A stretch of 64,000 nucleotides of DNA from Hydrolagus affinis (lineage: Eukaryota): the NCBI GenBank assembly GCA_012026655.1, contig JAAILG010000045.1:62001-126000 (forward strand), written 5' to 3'. Below, piece after piece: positions 13,812 to 26,619 of this stretch. How positions within the stretch are numbered: the stretch's first letter is position 1; the number at the start of each line of letters is the position of its first letter. The notes under the pieces were generated by a model. The model was not told where the DNA came from, did no database searches, and saw only the letters and a program-made list of their open reading frames with translations. The translations under genes were made by a program, and so were the position numbers.

Positions 13812-14519
13812 CTGCTCTTAGTCTAAGTAATACATTTTTGAGCTGAGATTTTTTTAATTTAAATTTCTCCTTTGGGAAAACAATTCACCTTGCTGTTATT
13901 TCCCAGGTGAAATTATCATTTATTCCACTGTATTTATTTGGCACCTTAGTGATCTTTCCATAATTTTTGTTTCACGTTGGGATGCTTTGAGTCACGTTCC
14001 CTTTCAAAATGTCTTTAATGTAATAGGATGTGAGGATGTGATTTGTTGACATTGGAATGTTTTTATTTGCAGGACACCTGAAACTATTGGACTGATGGCC
14101 ACAGAAGACCAAGTTAAAGACGAGTGCGCATGAGATCATCTCTGAAGGAAGCACCTTTTCGAGTTTCCGAATATTTTGGGTTTAAGCCCCATGTTGGAAA
14201 TTTGAGCTCACATACAACAACAACACTCACTTCGATTTATATAGCGCCTTCCACGCCGGACAGCGTCTCAGAGCGCTTGGGGTCTATACTGGGGTGGGGG
14301 CTGGTGCCGCATTACTTGAGGTACCATCCCTCAGAGGAAATGCTAAACCAAGGTCCTGTCTGCTTGTTCAGGTGGACATTAAAGCAATTATTCTACCCCA
14401 TCATGATTCATTTCAGTTCATCTTTGTCTTCAGTTTGGGGCTTTTCCACATTCCAGCTCTCTTTTCCAGCTCTCCTCTGCAGATGTGGACACTGCTGGTC
14501 TACCAGAACCTGATTAACA

Positions 14520-14674
14520 CAGTGGAGCCTGACTTCAACAAGCTCAGGGGGCAGGCCAAATATACTGGTGTAAGGGTACGTTGCTTTGCAAACCAAACTG
14601 TCCGGGTTGTTTAAGAGTGGTTGTTATCAGAGATGGTTGCTAAATGGAAGTGGTTGCTTGAACAGGTTTGACTC
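14520..14674. mobile_element. Degraded pogo/Tigger-like MITE
   Basis: Termini cagtggagcctg and caggtttgactc|ta resemble CAGTCAAACCT-type TIRs. Three to four subterminal tggttg(c/t)t repeats at ~15-16 bp spacing. Confidence 0.5.
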
Positions 14675-15505
14675 TATCCCTTTTCACATGGGAATGACAT
14701 CTCAAAGTGCTTCACAGGGTTTACTGTAAAGAACAGTGACATTTCAAGACAAAGACAGATTTCAACAGGGTTACGTAATGTAGCAGTGAACTTTAGAATG
14801 CATCGCATTCTTTTCTGAGACCAGAATAAACTTTGAGGATGAAGTTTTGTATCTGAAGGCACCGTTGTAACAATCACTGAAGAAACTGAATGAAGAGGAA
14901 TCGGGAAATATTTACTAGCAGACATTTAGAACAAAGTATTTTAAATGGCCATTGACTTGTAATAATATTTTGACATTTCTTAATGGGTTCCTTAACAACT
15001 CAAATGCGAACCACTGCATAACTAAGTGCTGGTAGAATATAGTGGGGATGACCGCAGAACCAAGTTAAAAAAAAACTAAATTTGTGCAACGGCCACAGTT
15101 TGGGATTTTGTTTATTTATATTTTTGTTTTTAAATATACCCTGTAAGTTTTGTGTTCTTTCAGCTAGAATGTATCCTCGGTCCCATAACAGCAAGTATTC
15201 TTACTTACCATGTTATGAACTGCTATTAAGCAACCCTGTTAAGAAATACAATATTGCTTTTCTGGTGTCTAAAGGGCAAATAATGGCTTATTTTATTGTA
15301 CTTAATTGGGCTCGCAGCATCTAAATTGGCATTTGTTCACCTCCTTGCAATTAAACTGCCGTGCCTGAATCTGTTTTGTGTCTATTTAAAGTCTTTCCCT
15401 GGTTTTCCTGTGTCCTAAGGCCACTTCCTCCCTCCACTTATGGAAAGCTAATATGCTGTACCAAGTCCAGGCACAGATGCTACATTCTGAAGGAGAGTAA
15501 AAAGA

Positions 15506-15915
15506 TAATAATCTTTACGTTTGATATGGCATCTTTCACATCAGGACGAAATCTCAAAGTGCTTCACAGGATATAAAGTGTATTTCCTGTGTATTTTGTA
15601 GGCATGCACAGGAAATTTGCTCACAGCAATGTCCCACAAACAGCCATGAAGTGAATGATCAAGTTTATATGAGGGACTGTTGGCCAGAAAACCAGGAGAA
15701 ACTCTTCTCAATTCGAATAGTGCCATAGGATATTTAATATCCAGCCAAACAGGTAGACATGACCTCAATCTAATGTCTCATCTAAAGGATAGCACTTTCA
15801 CCAATGCAACACCACCCAGAAAGTATACAAATTTTATTTCCTTTGGGAAGGACAGCCTAGTCTATATGAGTTCAAAGTACTGTCATGGGGCTTGAATACA
15901 CCTTGTTCTGAGCCA
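15506..15915 (-). mobile_element. Older Deu SINE (SacSINE1/AmnSINE-like), near full length
   Basis: Tail, Deu domain (cacagcaatgtcccacaaacagcc...ttcgaatagtgccataggat...aatgtctcatctaaaggatagcac) and head remnant ggggcttgaa. Confidence 0.75.
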
Positions 15916-17050
15916 GTGATACCAACCTTTAGTATGCTTGAGGGATTAGTAAAACCTGTGAAATGTTTTGACATATTTTGAAACGTGATAAGGTAAGATA
16001 TTAAATGCAAGGATTATTATTATTTATTAAGTACGGCAGTAACTTAATACCTCTACACATCAAGGCTTTGTGGATGGTGTTGCTTACTTGAAATCAGTTT
16101 TACTACACCCTTCAGAAAACTATCTTGAAGTCATGTGTACCTTTCAGAATGTTTCTGATAAGAATTGCTGTCATTTCAGGTTTTGTGGAACTTAACAATC
16201 ATTCATGCAAATATAATAACCCTCAAAATAAAAGTTTTAGTGCCACAGAGTAATGTAATAGATTGTCAGAAAGTGCTCTCTCTCCTGCACAAATTGGACA
16301 ATTAGGTGTGCATAAACATTTCATTACCACATATATTAAAAATACCACAATTGTGTTTAACACAAAAGGAATTGTTAAATACCATCCAAACTAATCACAA
16401 AGATCTGAAGACAAGTCTGAGTCTGTAGAGCGCATGGCATCCCATCTCTCACAATAATTCAAGCTGAGATCATGGTTACTTAGAAAAATGTTTGCTTTTT
16501 AAAATCTGCATTCCAGAAACATGCCTGGATTTTATTCAACTAGGATAATGCACTCAATTGTTGTAAAATGTGAACACAGTCTGCACTTCACGTTATAGCT
16601 GCAGAAAAAACCCACAACTATTAAAATAGAGTTCACAGTTGAGGTAACATAAAGTTGCGGTATTAAAATAGGGGTCACAGTTCCTGTCCCCTTGGGATGT
16701 CCTCCAGTAAGAACCAGAACGTCGAGGAGAGAAAAGGAAGAAAGTTGGTAACTCTTCTCACAAATATCTGCCCTGTTTACCATCAGCTAATCAGGCCCAG
16801 CCAATCTGTTAAACATCAAAGCTTGCATTATGCTTGTCAGTACAGTGCTTTTAGCTTTTACTAGCTATGGAAAGCTAACAGTTCCTGTTGTTTTAAAAGG
16901 TTGGAACTGTTTATTTCACAGGGCAGTGTACCCTGTGTGAAGGGAGCCATATAAATGCAAGTTTATTGTTGTTTTCCTCTCCCAAATACCTATACTTTTC
17001 TTTATCCAGCTGTCTTTGTTTGAACTGTCCCTCCTGCCACATGCATACAC

Positions 17051-17150
17051 NNNNNNNNNNNNNNNNNNNNNNNNNNNNNNNNNNNNNNNNNNNNNNNNNN
17101 NNNNNNNNNNNNNNNNNNNNNNNNNNNNNNNNNNNNNNNNNNNNNNNNNN
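17051..17150. other. Assembly gap (100 N)
   Basis: Run of 100 n; the right side enters an L2 3' region. Confidence 1.
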
Positions 17151-17154
17151 GTGT

Positions 17155-17322
17155 GACCCGAGCTGGGAGGGGAGTGTTTGGGCGGGGGTGAAACACGAAG
17201 GGGAGGTCGAAGAATTCGGGGTGGAACAAAAGGCACGGTCGAAGAGGAAAGTCTTCAAACCGGCCTTGAAAGAGGAAAGGGAAGAAACGAGACGGAGGGA
17301 TTGGGGGATAGAATTCCATAAT
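17155..17322 (-). mobile_element. L2 LINE 3' fragment
   Basis: Translates LWNSIPQSLRLVSSLSSFKAGLKTFLFDRAF. Confidence 0.85.
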
Positions 17323-17780
17323 TCAATTTGACAAGAAATTGTCATTGATAATTGTCAGATTTCCACAGAAGTGCTGAGAAACCCAGCTCACAGTGTAAAG
17401 TACTCTGGGGCGCTACCCAGCATGTGGGGCGCTATATAAATGCAAGTTGTTGTTGCTGTTGCTGTAAAAGTACCTGTAACATTGAGTTTAGCCAGTTCAG
17501 TCAAACCTGCAAAATGGGTTCTTTGGGTGGGGAATGAAGTTGGAATCCAGGAACCAAATGATTCAGAGAAAACCGAAGAGTGATATGTAATGGGATGTCT
17601 AACAAACAGATTTCTAGGAAACTGGATAATAAACTAGAAGCACTCTCTTTTTTTAACCTTTTTTGAAATCTATTTTCCAATATTTTTCCAATATAAAGGA
17701 AATGTAATGATTTCCTTTGGGAATTAAAAAATAGAAGGTTGATTGGAGGAGGTACTCATCAAAAAATGACCAAAATGACT

Positions 17781-18058
17781 AAACCCACAACCTTCTGACT
17801 CACAGGCAAGAGTGCTGTTACTGGGCCAGGCTGTCACACCAGCCTTTAAGAGTCTCTCCAAGAGTATGGGCCAACAATTCCACCAAGTAAAATTGGCCTT
17901 GCTGTTTGTGGGGCATTGCTGTGTGCAAACAGCCTGCAAAGTTCGCCCACAAAATACACAGTCATTGCATTTTATAATATATCCTGCAAAATCCTTTGAA
18001 ACAACCTCCTGAAATGAAAGGCACTATATCAATTACAACGTTTACAATTATTATTATT
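17781..18058. mobile_element. Two older Deu SINE pieces (head on minus 17781-17840; Deu box and tail on plus 17900-18058)
   Basis: aaacccacaaccttctgactcacaggcaagagtgct; gctgtttgtggggcattgctgtgtgcaaa..gaaaggcactatatc. Confidence 0.6.
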
Positions 18059-18212
18059 TTGTCCTTTGAGTGTCTAGAAACCTTATTAGTTATACTCGTG
18101 TTGCTCTACAGAATTTAGCTGTGGGGTGAATGTAAAGTTCTATAAATGTATACATATGCTCCTATACTGTGTATACAAATGCATATGTAAGTCAAGCTTA
18201 AATTTTGTACAG

Positions 18213-18508
18213 TAATAATAATAATCCTTCCATATGATGTAGCACTTTTCAAGGCTAGTCATCTCAAACGCTAAACAGAACATACTGTAGAGTAAATTGA
18301 CTGCATATTTGTGGTTGAAACCCAGTAGCCGATTGCGCACAGCAGTGTCCGACAAACAGTTGTCGATTGAAGTGATCAATTTTTTTTCTTGAGGGAGTAT
18401 TATCAGGCATCTGGAGTAAAGAAACTTGCCCATGGTTTCACCTTGCCGGGTGTCAAACTCAAGTTACAAGGCGAGTGCTCTAGCCTCTAACCACTGAGCT
18501 AATGGACT
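18213..18508 (-). mobile_element. Young Deu SINE
   Basis: Tail, Deu box, gaaacttgccc and tRNA head (aaggcgagtgctctagcctctaaccactgagcta). Confidence 0.88.
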
Positions 18509-18755
18509 AATGTATAATAGAAGCAGAATCAGAGAAAGGAGAAAATGAACATAAGAGAGAAGGTGAAGCATTCACAAGATTCATGGGGATGGCAGTTAAT
18601 ATTTTACAGTCCACTACCCTCCTCCTCCTCTGACTTTCTAACACATCAACATTTTATAACAAGTTTGTTTTATGAGTTAATGGTTAATTCATGGGATAAG
18701 GTCAGGTTATGCTTCTTAGCCACAGCGGTCAGACCAGAAGCTGGTTGCTTCATCA

Positions 18756-19052
18756 ATAATAACCCTTTGCATTTGATGCAGCATTTTTCACACCGGGAGA
18801 ATGCCTCAAATCACTTCATAAGGTACAGTGTCAATTGGGTTAACTGTGTGTTCTTTGTGGGTGAACACAATGGACAATTTACATGCAGCAATGTCCCACA
18901 TACAGCCAAGAAGTGAATAGTAATACTGTAATAATCTTTGCATTTTGATATAGCGCCTTATCATGTCTTTGAGACGTCTCAACAACAACAACAACACAAC
19001 AAAATTACATCTATGTAGCTCCTTTCATGTCAGGAGGACGTCCCAAGGCGCT
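18756..19052 (-). mobile_element. Cluster: old Deu SINE piece, young SINE tail, and an L2 tail (18980-19052)
   Basis: gagacgtctc|aacaacaac..aaaattacatctatgtagctcctttcatgtcaggaggacgtcccaaggcgct. Confidence 0.7.
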
Positions 19053-19339
19053 AGTTTCAAAGGGGTTTGTTAGTCAGAATACCAAGACAAACCAATGGAC
19101 TTGTGAGATTGGAGTCCCAATTAGTGAAATACAATATAATTTACAATATGATTTACCACAATTCACACAATTTACAATTAACTCAACAAAATTTCAGAAT
19201 TGAGTTAGAAAGCAAACACATTTAAGTGAAAAGGACAGATGGAATGCTTCCAACTCCCAAATGAATGATTTAACTGAGAGTATTCCTTTTTTAGCAAAAA
19301 AGACAATCACAACTTAATGATCTAAAGACAGATTTACCT

Positions 19340-20375
19340 ATTGTTCCCTCACTGTCTCCACTTTGTCGCCATTCATGGCTTCTCCTCCAGCCCCTGCACT
19401 ATCATGTGTGGTGTCCCTCAGAGCTCTGTCCTCTACTTTTCATCATCTTATATGCTCCACCTTGGTGACATTATCTGCCAACACAGGGTCAACTTTCATA
19501 TATATATACGGATGACACCCAACTCTATATTTCCGCCTCTACTCTCGATTCCAGGATCAATGCTGTCCTAACAGATTGCCTGCTGGAAATCAAGTTCTGA
19601 ATGAGAGCTAACTTTCTACAGTTAAATGTCAACAAGCCTGAGGCCCTCCCGATTGGCTTGTTCTAGTGCCTCCGTACCTCAGGTACTGGCAGCATCAACC
19701 TCCATTGATGCACATTCCACCTTGCCAAGCCAGTCAGGAGCCTAGGTGCCTTGTTTGATTCTCAACTATCTTTTCTCCCCCACATCCATGCCTGTTTTGC
19801 CTTCCCTCACCTCCACCACTATCTCATCCCTCAGCCGCTGAAACTCTCATTCATGCGTTCATCGCGGCCAGGTTCGACTATGCCAACACCCTGCTTGTCA
19901 GCCTCCTCAATATCTCCCTCCATGATCTGCAGATCATCTAGAACTCTGTAACCCTATCACCCACATTCTCACTTGACTTCACTGGCGTCCCATCACCCAG
20001 AGGATTCAATTTAAGATCCTCACCTTTAAAGCCCTCCATGGCCCTGCCCCACCCTACCTTTGCAACTTCCCAACCCCCTATCAACCTGTCCCCTCCCTCT
20101 GCTCAGTGGGCCCTGGCCTAACCATGTCCCCCGAACCACCCACCCCACCATCAGTGGGCGAGCCTTCAACCACTCTCCCTTCAACCTTTGGAATTCTATC
20201 CCGTAATCCCTCCCTAGCCGCCTTGAACTTCTGCCTCAAGTTCCATCAGTCACCCCCCTTCCCCTCCCTTCCCTGCACCCACCCTGTTCCCGAACCAAGC
20301 TTGGGTCCAAAGAACTAACTGCCCCAGCACCTTGCGATGTCCTCCCAATATAAAAGACACTATTTTTTGTTGTTA
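19340..20375 (+). mobile_element. L2 LINE, ~1 kb 5'-truncated and frameshifted
   Basis: Translated RT remnants HGFSSSPCTIMCGVPQ, LGDIICQHRVNFH..(Y)xDDTQ and FDSQLSFLPHI; L2 tail at 20325-20375. Confidence 0.9.
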
Positions 20376-20850
20376 CTGTGCTTTTTCTACTAACAAATAA
20401 ATGTGTAACAATGGCTTAAACAAACTATGCTACAAGTATGCGATACATAAATATGGAAAATAGAGATGTGAGCATTCTCATTAGGAATTGGCTGCACATA
20501 GCATTATACAAAAATATCTAAACACACAGTATACACTATAAGCTCTCTGCTCTGATAAACAGCAAAAACCTGACGATGGGTCCGTCCGGCTCCCATGGCT
20601 TAGCTCCCTCATGAAATAGGCTGCCACAGGCGCCACCACACTTTCTCTTTAGCAAAGGCAGGAAGACTTCAGTGCTCCATTCCATATATTAACTCACTTG
20701 ATAAAACAAAATTGGCAGGGAAGGGAGACAGCTAATTCTAAACACTGAGCCAGATTTCCATTTGCATTGTTGGACAGATAGGCAGAGGAATTCTGAAGAA
20801 AGGAAATAACTTCAGAAAAGTTTATTAGTAAAATAAAGTTCTTTATTTTT

Positions 20851-20880
20851 GTTCATTCATTCATTCGTTCATTCATTCAT
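20851..20880. repeat. (TTCA)n microsatellite
   Basis: ttcattcattcattcgttcattcattcat. Confidence 0.85.
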
Positions 20881-22262
20881 TACATCCAGATTGCTTTCCT
20901 TAAACAGGCAGATTATTGGCAGATTTTATTTTTTCCAAAGGCATTGTGTTTCGACCACAACCTATTTCCATTTTAGCTGTAAGAAATAATATTTCAGCAC
21001 GAATGGGTAAGGAGGATTTCTATGCAGTCTTTATGTATTTTTTAAGCAAGTACTGTATATCCAGTAAATTGTGAATTTTATCCTTTTGATTTTGCTTGAT
21101 GATCTACTTTAAATGCAACAGCCATTAGCTGTTGTTGTAGATTTGAAACAAAAAAATGGAATATAGGAGGGAGGGGAGAATCTTGGCACCGAATTGAATG
21201 CTACGACTGAATTTCTTCCAGTCAGTTGATCATTATCCTGTGCTCCTAAGAGCAAGACCAAACAAGATGTGAACCATCTGTGGGGAAGGAGGCATTTGGG
21301 CTTGAAGCCACTACATTTTGTCTAGATTTGACTTTTTTCATTATACAGTTTTGGCACCACATGCACAATAATTTAATATGTATTCCTGCTCTGCAGCAAC
21401 CATGATGTTTCATTGTTTGTCTTCCAAACATTTTATACGAGAGCTGAAATACTTAAAGAAAAAGGGCTGTTGTGCTCAGCTATTAAACTGATTTCTTTTG
21501 ATGTGGTGTATGTCCTGCTGTTTCTTTGCTCAAAAACGTCCACGTGAATTTTACTTACATCCAGCTAAATGTGCAACAGCTGTTCCCCCCACCCCCTCCC
21601 AACAAGTTCACAGTTTATTACAGCAGCCAGGCTGCATACTCTGTGCATACAGTCCAGTGCTGGGCTGCCCTGTGACTGCTAAACGTTTGTAACCTGATTC
21701 ATCACTAGTTCTATCTGAATTTAGCATACAACTTAAAAGAACCACCTGTACAAATTAAATGCATATTCCTGTCCATTGCACATTTATCAGGAGCAGTAAA
21801 ACCTTCAGTGCAAATGCTTGAAGACAAGACTACCCCAATCTCGTGTCAAAGGCATTTCTGCAGTTTCGAAGTGGCAGGTACGAAGCATTTGGAGGAGGGG
21901 AGTGGTCCTATAGGACCTTAAGGATCACTTGGTGAATTGCTAACATTTCACTTTAAAACTATAGAACTGATTGCTATTAAAGCTGTTGTTGGACAGGCTT
22001 ATTCCTATACAAGTTTTTTAAACTGAGCTCCATTATTTTGTCACTCGAGCAGTTGTTGAATCCTCTAATTGAGTCATCAATCATGCTGCCATCAACAACT
22101 AAACATATGTAACCAAGATTCCTGCAGACGGCAGTAACCCTTTCCTTGACAACCTTTCGTTGATCCTCGAGTTATATTTATACGGTTGTGGCTAACCATT
22201 GCATGTGAATAAAATACAAATACTGCTGCCTCTATTGCATCGAATCATCTTGCTGGTTTGTG

Positions 22263-22415
22263 TGACTATTTGTGGGACACTGCTGTGCGCAATTGGCTGT
22301 CGCTTTTCTCCCACATATATACAATCAATTCACTTTACAGTATATTCTGTGAAGTGCTTTGAGACGTCTAGAAGACATGAAAAGTGCAATATCAAATGCT
22401 ACGATTATTACTATT
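22263..22415 (+). mobile_element. Young Deu SINE, 5'-truncated
   Basis: tgtgggacactgctgtgcgcaattggctg...gaagtgctttgagacgtctagaagacatgaaaagtgc..gattattac. Confidence 0.88.
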
Positions 22416-22524
22416 AACCTACTCTGATCTATGCTGATCTGCCACATTTATCTCTCTCTGGAAATTAAGTATTGTATATTATTACTATCATAGAATTATT
22501 TGATGTGAAATATTGATCCTTAAT

Positions 22525-22665
22525 ACAACAATAACAACAACAAAATTACATTTGTAGAGTGTCATTCACGTCGGGAGAACGTCCCAAGGTGTGAACAGTC
22601 AGAGGTTAGGAGCCGAGCATGGGGGTCACACACACACACCTCCCCCACACAGACACAAACACACA
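22525..22665 (-). mobile_element. Short L2 3' end next to a (CA)n tract
   Basis: caacaacaaaattacatttgtagagtgtcattcacgtcgggagaacgtcccaagg; CA repeats 22628-22665. Confidence 0.75.
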
Positions 22666-23009
22666 TAGAGCCAATCTTCCCCAAGTCTGTAACATGACAG
22701 TTAATAAACCATCTGGCCCTAGTCTAGGCTGGGACTGACCTAATTTTCCATGGCATCAGTATATAGGTCTCTCTCCTCAACAATGCTAGTCTCAGATTCA
22801 GACCAGTCTTTTGTTGTAGGTTAGGGTTTCTCTCAAGTGTCACCTTATTTTTAATAAATAAACAGGTATATTGGGTATGATGATAATAATAATCCACAAG
22901 TAGTATAGGGTTAATTTCAGGAGAAAAAAATAGTATTTGTCTTCACAAATTAAAAATAGAAAATAAATAGGAAAATAAATTTATTCAAAACCTGTTTTTT
23001 ATTGTAACA

Positions 23010-23247
23010 CAGAATATACTGTAAAATGAATTGATTGTATATTTTGTGGGTGAAACGCGGCAGCCAATTGCACACAGCAGTGTCCCACAAAGTCACACAG
23101 ACATGATTGAAAATGACCAATTTATTATTTTGTTTTGAGGGATTATTATCAGGTGTGTGGAGTAAGGAAACTTGCCCAAAGTCTGGAGTTAAACCCAGGT
23201 CTCTTGCTTATAAGGCAAGTGCTCTAACCAATGAGCTACAGGACTCC
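23010..23247 (-). mobile_element. Young Deu SINE lacking its tail
   Basis: Deu box through head ending gagctacaggactcc. An older SINE head follows at 23265-23422. Confidence 0.85.
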
Positions 23248-23899
23248 ATTGTGGTATATAATCCTTGGGTATCATTGAAATGTCTCTTCCACGACACTTC
23301 CAACATTGCAGCACTCCCTCGCAACTGAATTGGAATGAAGGATAGTATGAGTATAAAATCCCCAAATGGGGCTTGAAATCACAATCTCAGGGGCAAGAGG
23401 GCTATACTGAGCCAGGCTGATGCCTACCACAGCAATTACTTATTTGCCTTGTTAAAGAATAAAATGTTTCAATCAGTAGGATAGCAAAGCGCCTCTGCAT
23501 CAAAACTATAGTCATCATGGTGCCCCTAGAGTCAGCATTTAATGTTTGTAGTGCCACATCAGATCTCATTAATCCAGCCTCTGGCCAGTCTCGGGTTTGC
23601 AACTGGCCTCTACATTATGGTCTGTCAAATATCACTATTTTAGACTATGAGTGGCTGTAAAACCTAATTTAGAACCAATCCAAATCATGTTCTGAACATT
23701 GTGCCCATCTTTCAGAACGCAGGTTTGAAACTGGAGGACGGAAATAATAGATTGGACAACAAAGGCTAGAATAGAGGCAGAACTGGGGGTGGTAGGGGCA
23801 GGGGAATGCACAGACAAAAGGGGAAAGCACTGACTGGGACAAAAACAAAACAAAATTGCAGCAGCAGCAAAGAAAGTTGAAATGAGGCGCAGAGAGGAA

Positions 23900-24214
23900 T
23901 AATAGTGACCTTTGCATTTGATATAGCACTTTTCACATCTTCTAAATGTCTCAAAGCACTTCACAGAATATATTGTAAAGTGAATTGCCTGTATATTTGT
24001 GTGGGCGAAATGCGGCAGCCAATTGTGCACAGCAGTGTCCCACAAACAGTAGTGGATTGAAATAACCAATTTATAATTTTTTTATATAGGGGTTATTATC
24101 AGGCGTGTGGAATAGGGAAACTTGCCCAGGTTTCGCCTTGACCTACCCGGAATCAAATCCAGGTCACTCGCTTGTAAGGCACTCGAGTACTCTAACCACT
24201 GAGTCACAGGACTC
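23900..24214 (-). mobile_element. Young Deu SINE, full length
   Basis: Tail, Deu box, CORE-like segment, head with a CTTACAA anticodon loop. Confidence 0.9.
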
Positions 24215-25009
24215 ACATTCTTAAAGGAATGTTAATAGGCTGTTATTGTTTATTTACTTTTTGATATGGTTTATAAAATGATGAACAGGAATTTTTTGAG
24301 CAGACAGTACAATTGTAATCCTAGAGTATGACTTTGGATGGCAGTGTCTGCCTATCACGTGTTTGCTCATTTCAGCAGACTGCTGCCAGCTTTCAAGACA
24401 GAAACAGCTTTTGCAATATTGAGCTGAAGAAACAGTCCAAAATCCACCATTTTATAGCACTCGCTACCTCCCTGAGTCAAAGCAAGCAGATCTAAACTGA
24501 TCCTCTGCTTGACCAAAGCATTCAAAGTCCGATTGGTTTGCTCCTTAATCTTAGATGCAGTCTCAGCATTATTCATCACTGAAATCTTCAACCCTACTAT
24601 TAACTATAATAATTCTATCAGGTAACAAACAACTGAAGCGAGAATTGATGGGTGTTTACAATGTGTGAGCCCTGCATTCGCATAACGAGATAAATATACC
24701 TGACTGCTATTTTGAACAATAATACGGGGCTTTACTCCAAATTTCTGGTTCTATAGACGTTTACAGTTGCTAACAAATCTCACTTTTGTACAGTATACAA
24801 GCCACCGGAGCTTGATCCGTCAATAAATAATCCATAGACTAATGAACATCTGCTTCCTCTGAAGGGCAGATGTTATGTTTCAGCTGCAGTCTTCAAATTA
24901 GCAATGCGGTTTCATACAAATTGTGTGTTTGATATAGAAACTACATATACTTGGGTAAAAGTTCAAAGCAAATGAATCAAAGAGAATCTGATTGATCACT
25001 AAACACCCC

Positions 25010-25095
25010 TTTATTCATTCTCAACAATCTGCACCCATAAAACACAAACATATCAAAGATACATGAAGTCTTTGTCTTTTTAAAATCTATTTATT
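25010..25095 (-). terminator. Polyadenylation signals of the SLRP gene
   Basis: AATAAA on the minus strand at 25095-25090 and 25015-25010, about 290 and 370 nt after the stop codon. A GU-rich stretch (tatgtttgtgtttt) follows the first. Confidence 0.6.
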
Positions 25096-25380
25096 ACATT
25101 ACAGTATCCTCAAGTTACTTCACGGAAATGTACATTTATACTCTTTGTTGCATTCACAAAATTAATATTCTTACAATAGTGTAGTGTAGCTTATGATAAA
25201 GAAAGAGAAGATCAAAGTACAGTAGTTTGTGTTCTGCCCTGAATGTACAATTGAATGACATTAGATCACGATAAGGGTACACTATCTCTTCATTGTGAGT
25301 CTGATGTTTAAAAGCTATGCCAGGATCTGAAGGGTGGCTTGAAATTTCCCTTATTAATTAGCAAAACAAATAGTAAAAGT

Positions 25381-26467
25381 TTAGTAAAAGTGAATCACCT
25401 GATAGCCCCTCAGGCACTTCAGTGAGTGAACATCGACCTGCCTGTGGTCAAGGTTATTTTTCTCAAGTCGCACAAGAATCAGACGACTTTCTGTTCGTCG
25501 CCGGCCACAGAAGGAGTCTGCGGGGATGAAATTGATCTGATTGTTGTGGAGATAGAGATACCACAGAGTCAGGGGTAGTTGCCGAGGGACGTGAGTGAGA
25601 TGATTGTAACTGATGTCTAAAAGTCGCAAACCCATCAACCTCCTGAAGGCACCAACGGCCACAACTGAGATTTTATTGTGCTCTAAGTGGACTTCCTCTA
25701 GCTTTGACATATTCCCTAATACATCCTTTCTTATTGAAGTGATGTTATTTTCCTGCAGGAGGAGGGTTTTTAAGGAGTGTGGGAGCAGTTTAGGGATAGA
25801 GGTGAGGAAATTCTTCCCTAAGTCCAAATGTTCAAGCTTAACCATATGCAAGAAAGCTTTGTCCCCAATTCCTTTACTATTGAGACGATTATTGTGGAGA
25901 TCAAGGTGTGTTAGTTCAGAGGAGTTTACAAACACACTATCTGGGATTGTTACAATCTGGTTTCCTTCCAGGTACAGCTCTCGGAGATTTGTGGTAAGAT
26001 TAGCAGGGACAACACTCAACAGATTATGATTCATTTTAATGATACGTAGGTTCTGCACCTGATTAAAGGCTCCTTCAGGAATGGATTTATCAGTTATGCT
26101 ATTATTGTTCAGGCTAATGCTTTTGAGACTCGTGCACTTTGCCAAGACATAGGCTGACATCTGACTGATGTTGTTTGAGTTTAGCATCAATTCTTCCAGA
26201 GTGGGTGGCAGATCTGCAGGAATACTGTGGAGGTGATTCTGGTCCATGTAGAGTCGGGTCAGCTTTTCCATGCCTTCCAAGGCACCTTCAATTCCAGCGT
26301 CTGTCAGCTTGTTGTTGTTGAGGACTATAAATTCCAGGGAGATGTACTCACTGAGGAGACCCATCTGGATCATTCCTATCTTGTTATTCATTAGGAAGAG
26401 GTTCCTGGTGTTGAAGGGAATTCCATACGGCATTTTATCAACTCCTTTATCTGAGCACTGGACTATT
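25381..26467 (-). CDS. SLRP (ECM2-like) gene, terminal coding exon: 14 leucine-rich repeats plus C-terminal Cys ear
   Basis: Lies within ORF 25381..26538. Acceptor tgtttactttcag|A ATA GTC CAG TGC. There are 14 LxxLxLxxNxI/L repeats in a ~24/25-26/21-aa super-repeat pattern. The C-terminus SFC...RLEKNNL...KCLRGYQVIHFY* has the two-Cys ear of canonical SLRPs. Confidence 0.95.
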
Positions 26468-26619
26468 CTGAAAGTAAACATCAAAACATTTAATACTAAA
26501 GAAAACATAAATATATACAGTATATACAAAAGATTCATTGTCTCATTGCACTTTTTTGATCTGTTTGAAGTTTGTACTTACAATTCAGATTCCAATATTT
26601 CCTCTGCAGAATAATATTG

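Noticed and set aside
26468-26538. Hydrophobic N-terminus of ORF 25381..26538 (MNLLYILYIFMFSLV...) looks like a signal peptide for a single-exon gene
   Set aside because: It is the T-rich intron/polypyrimidine tract. The Cys cluster is only completed by splicing from 30746, and a better signal exon exists at 36162.
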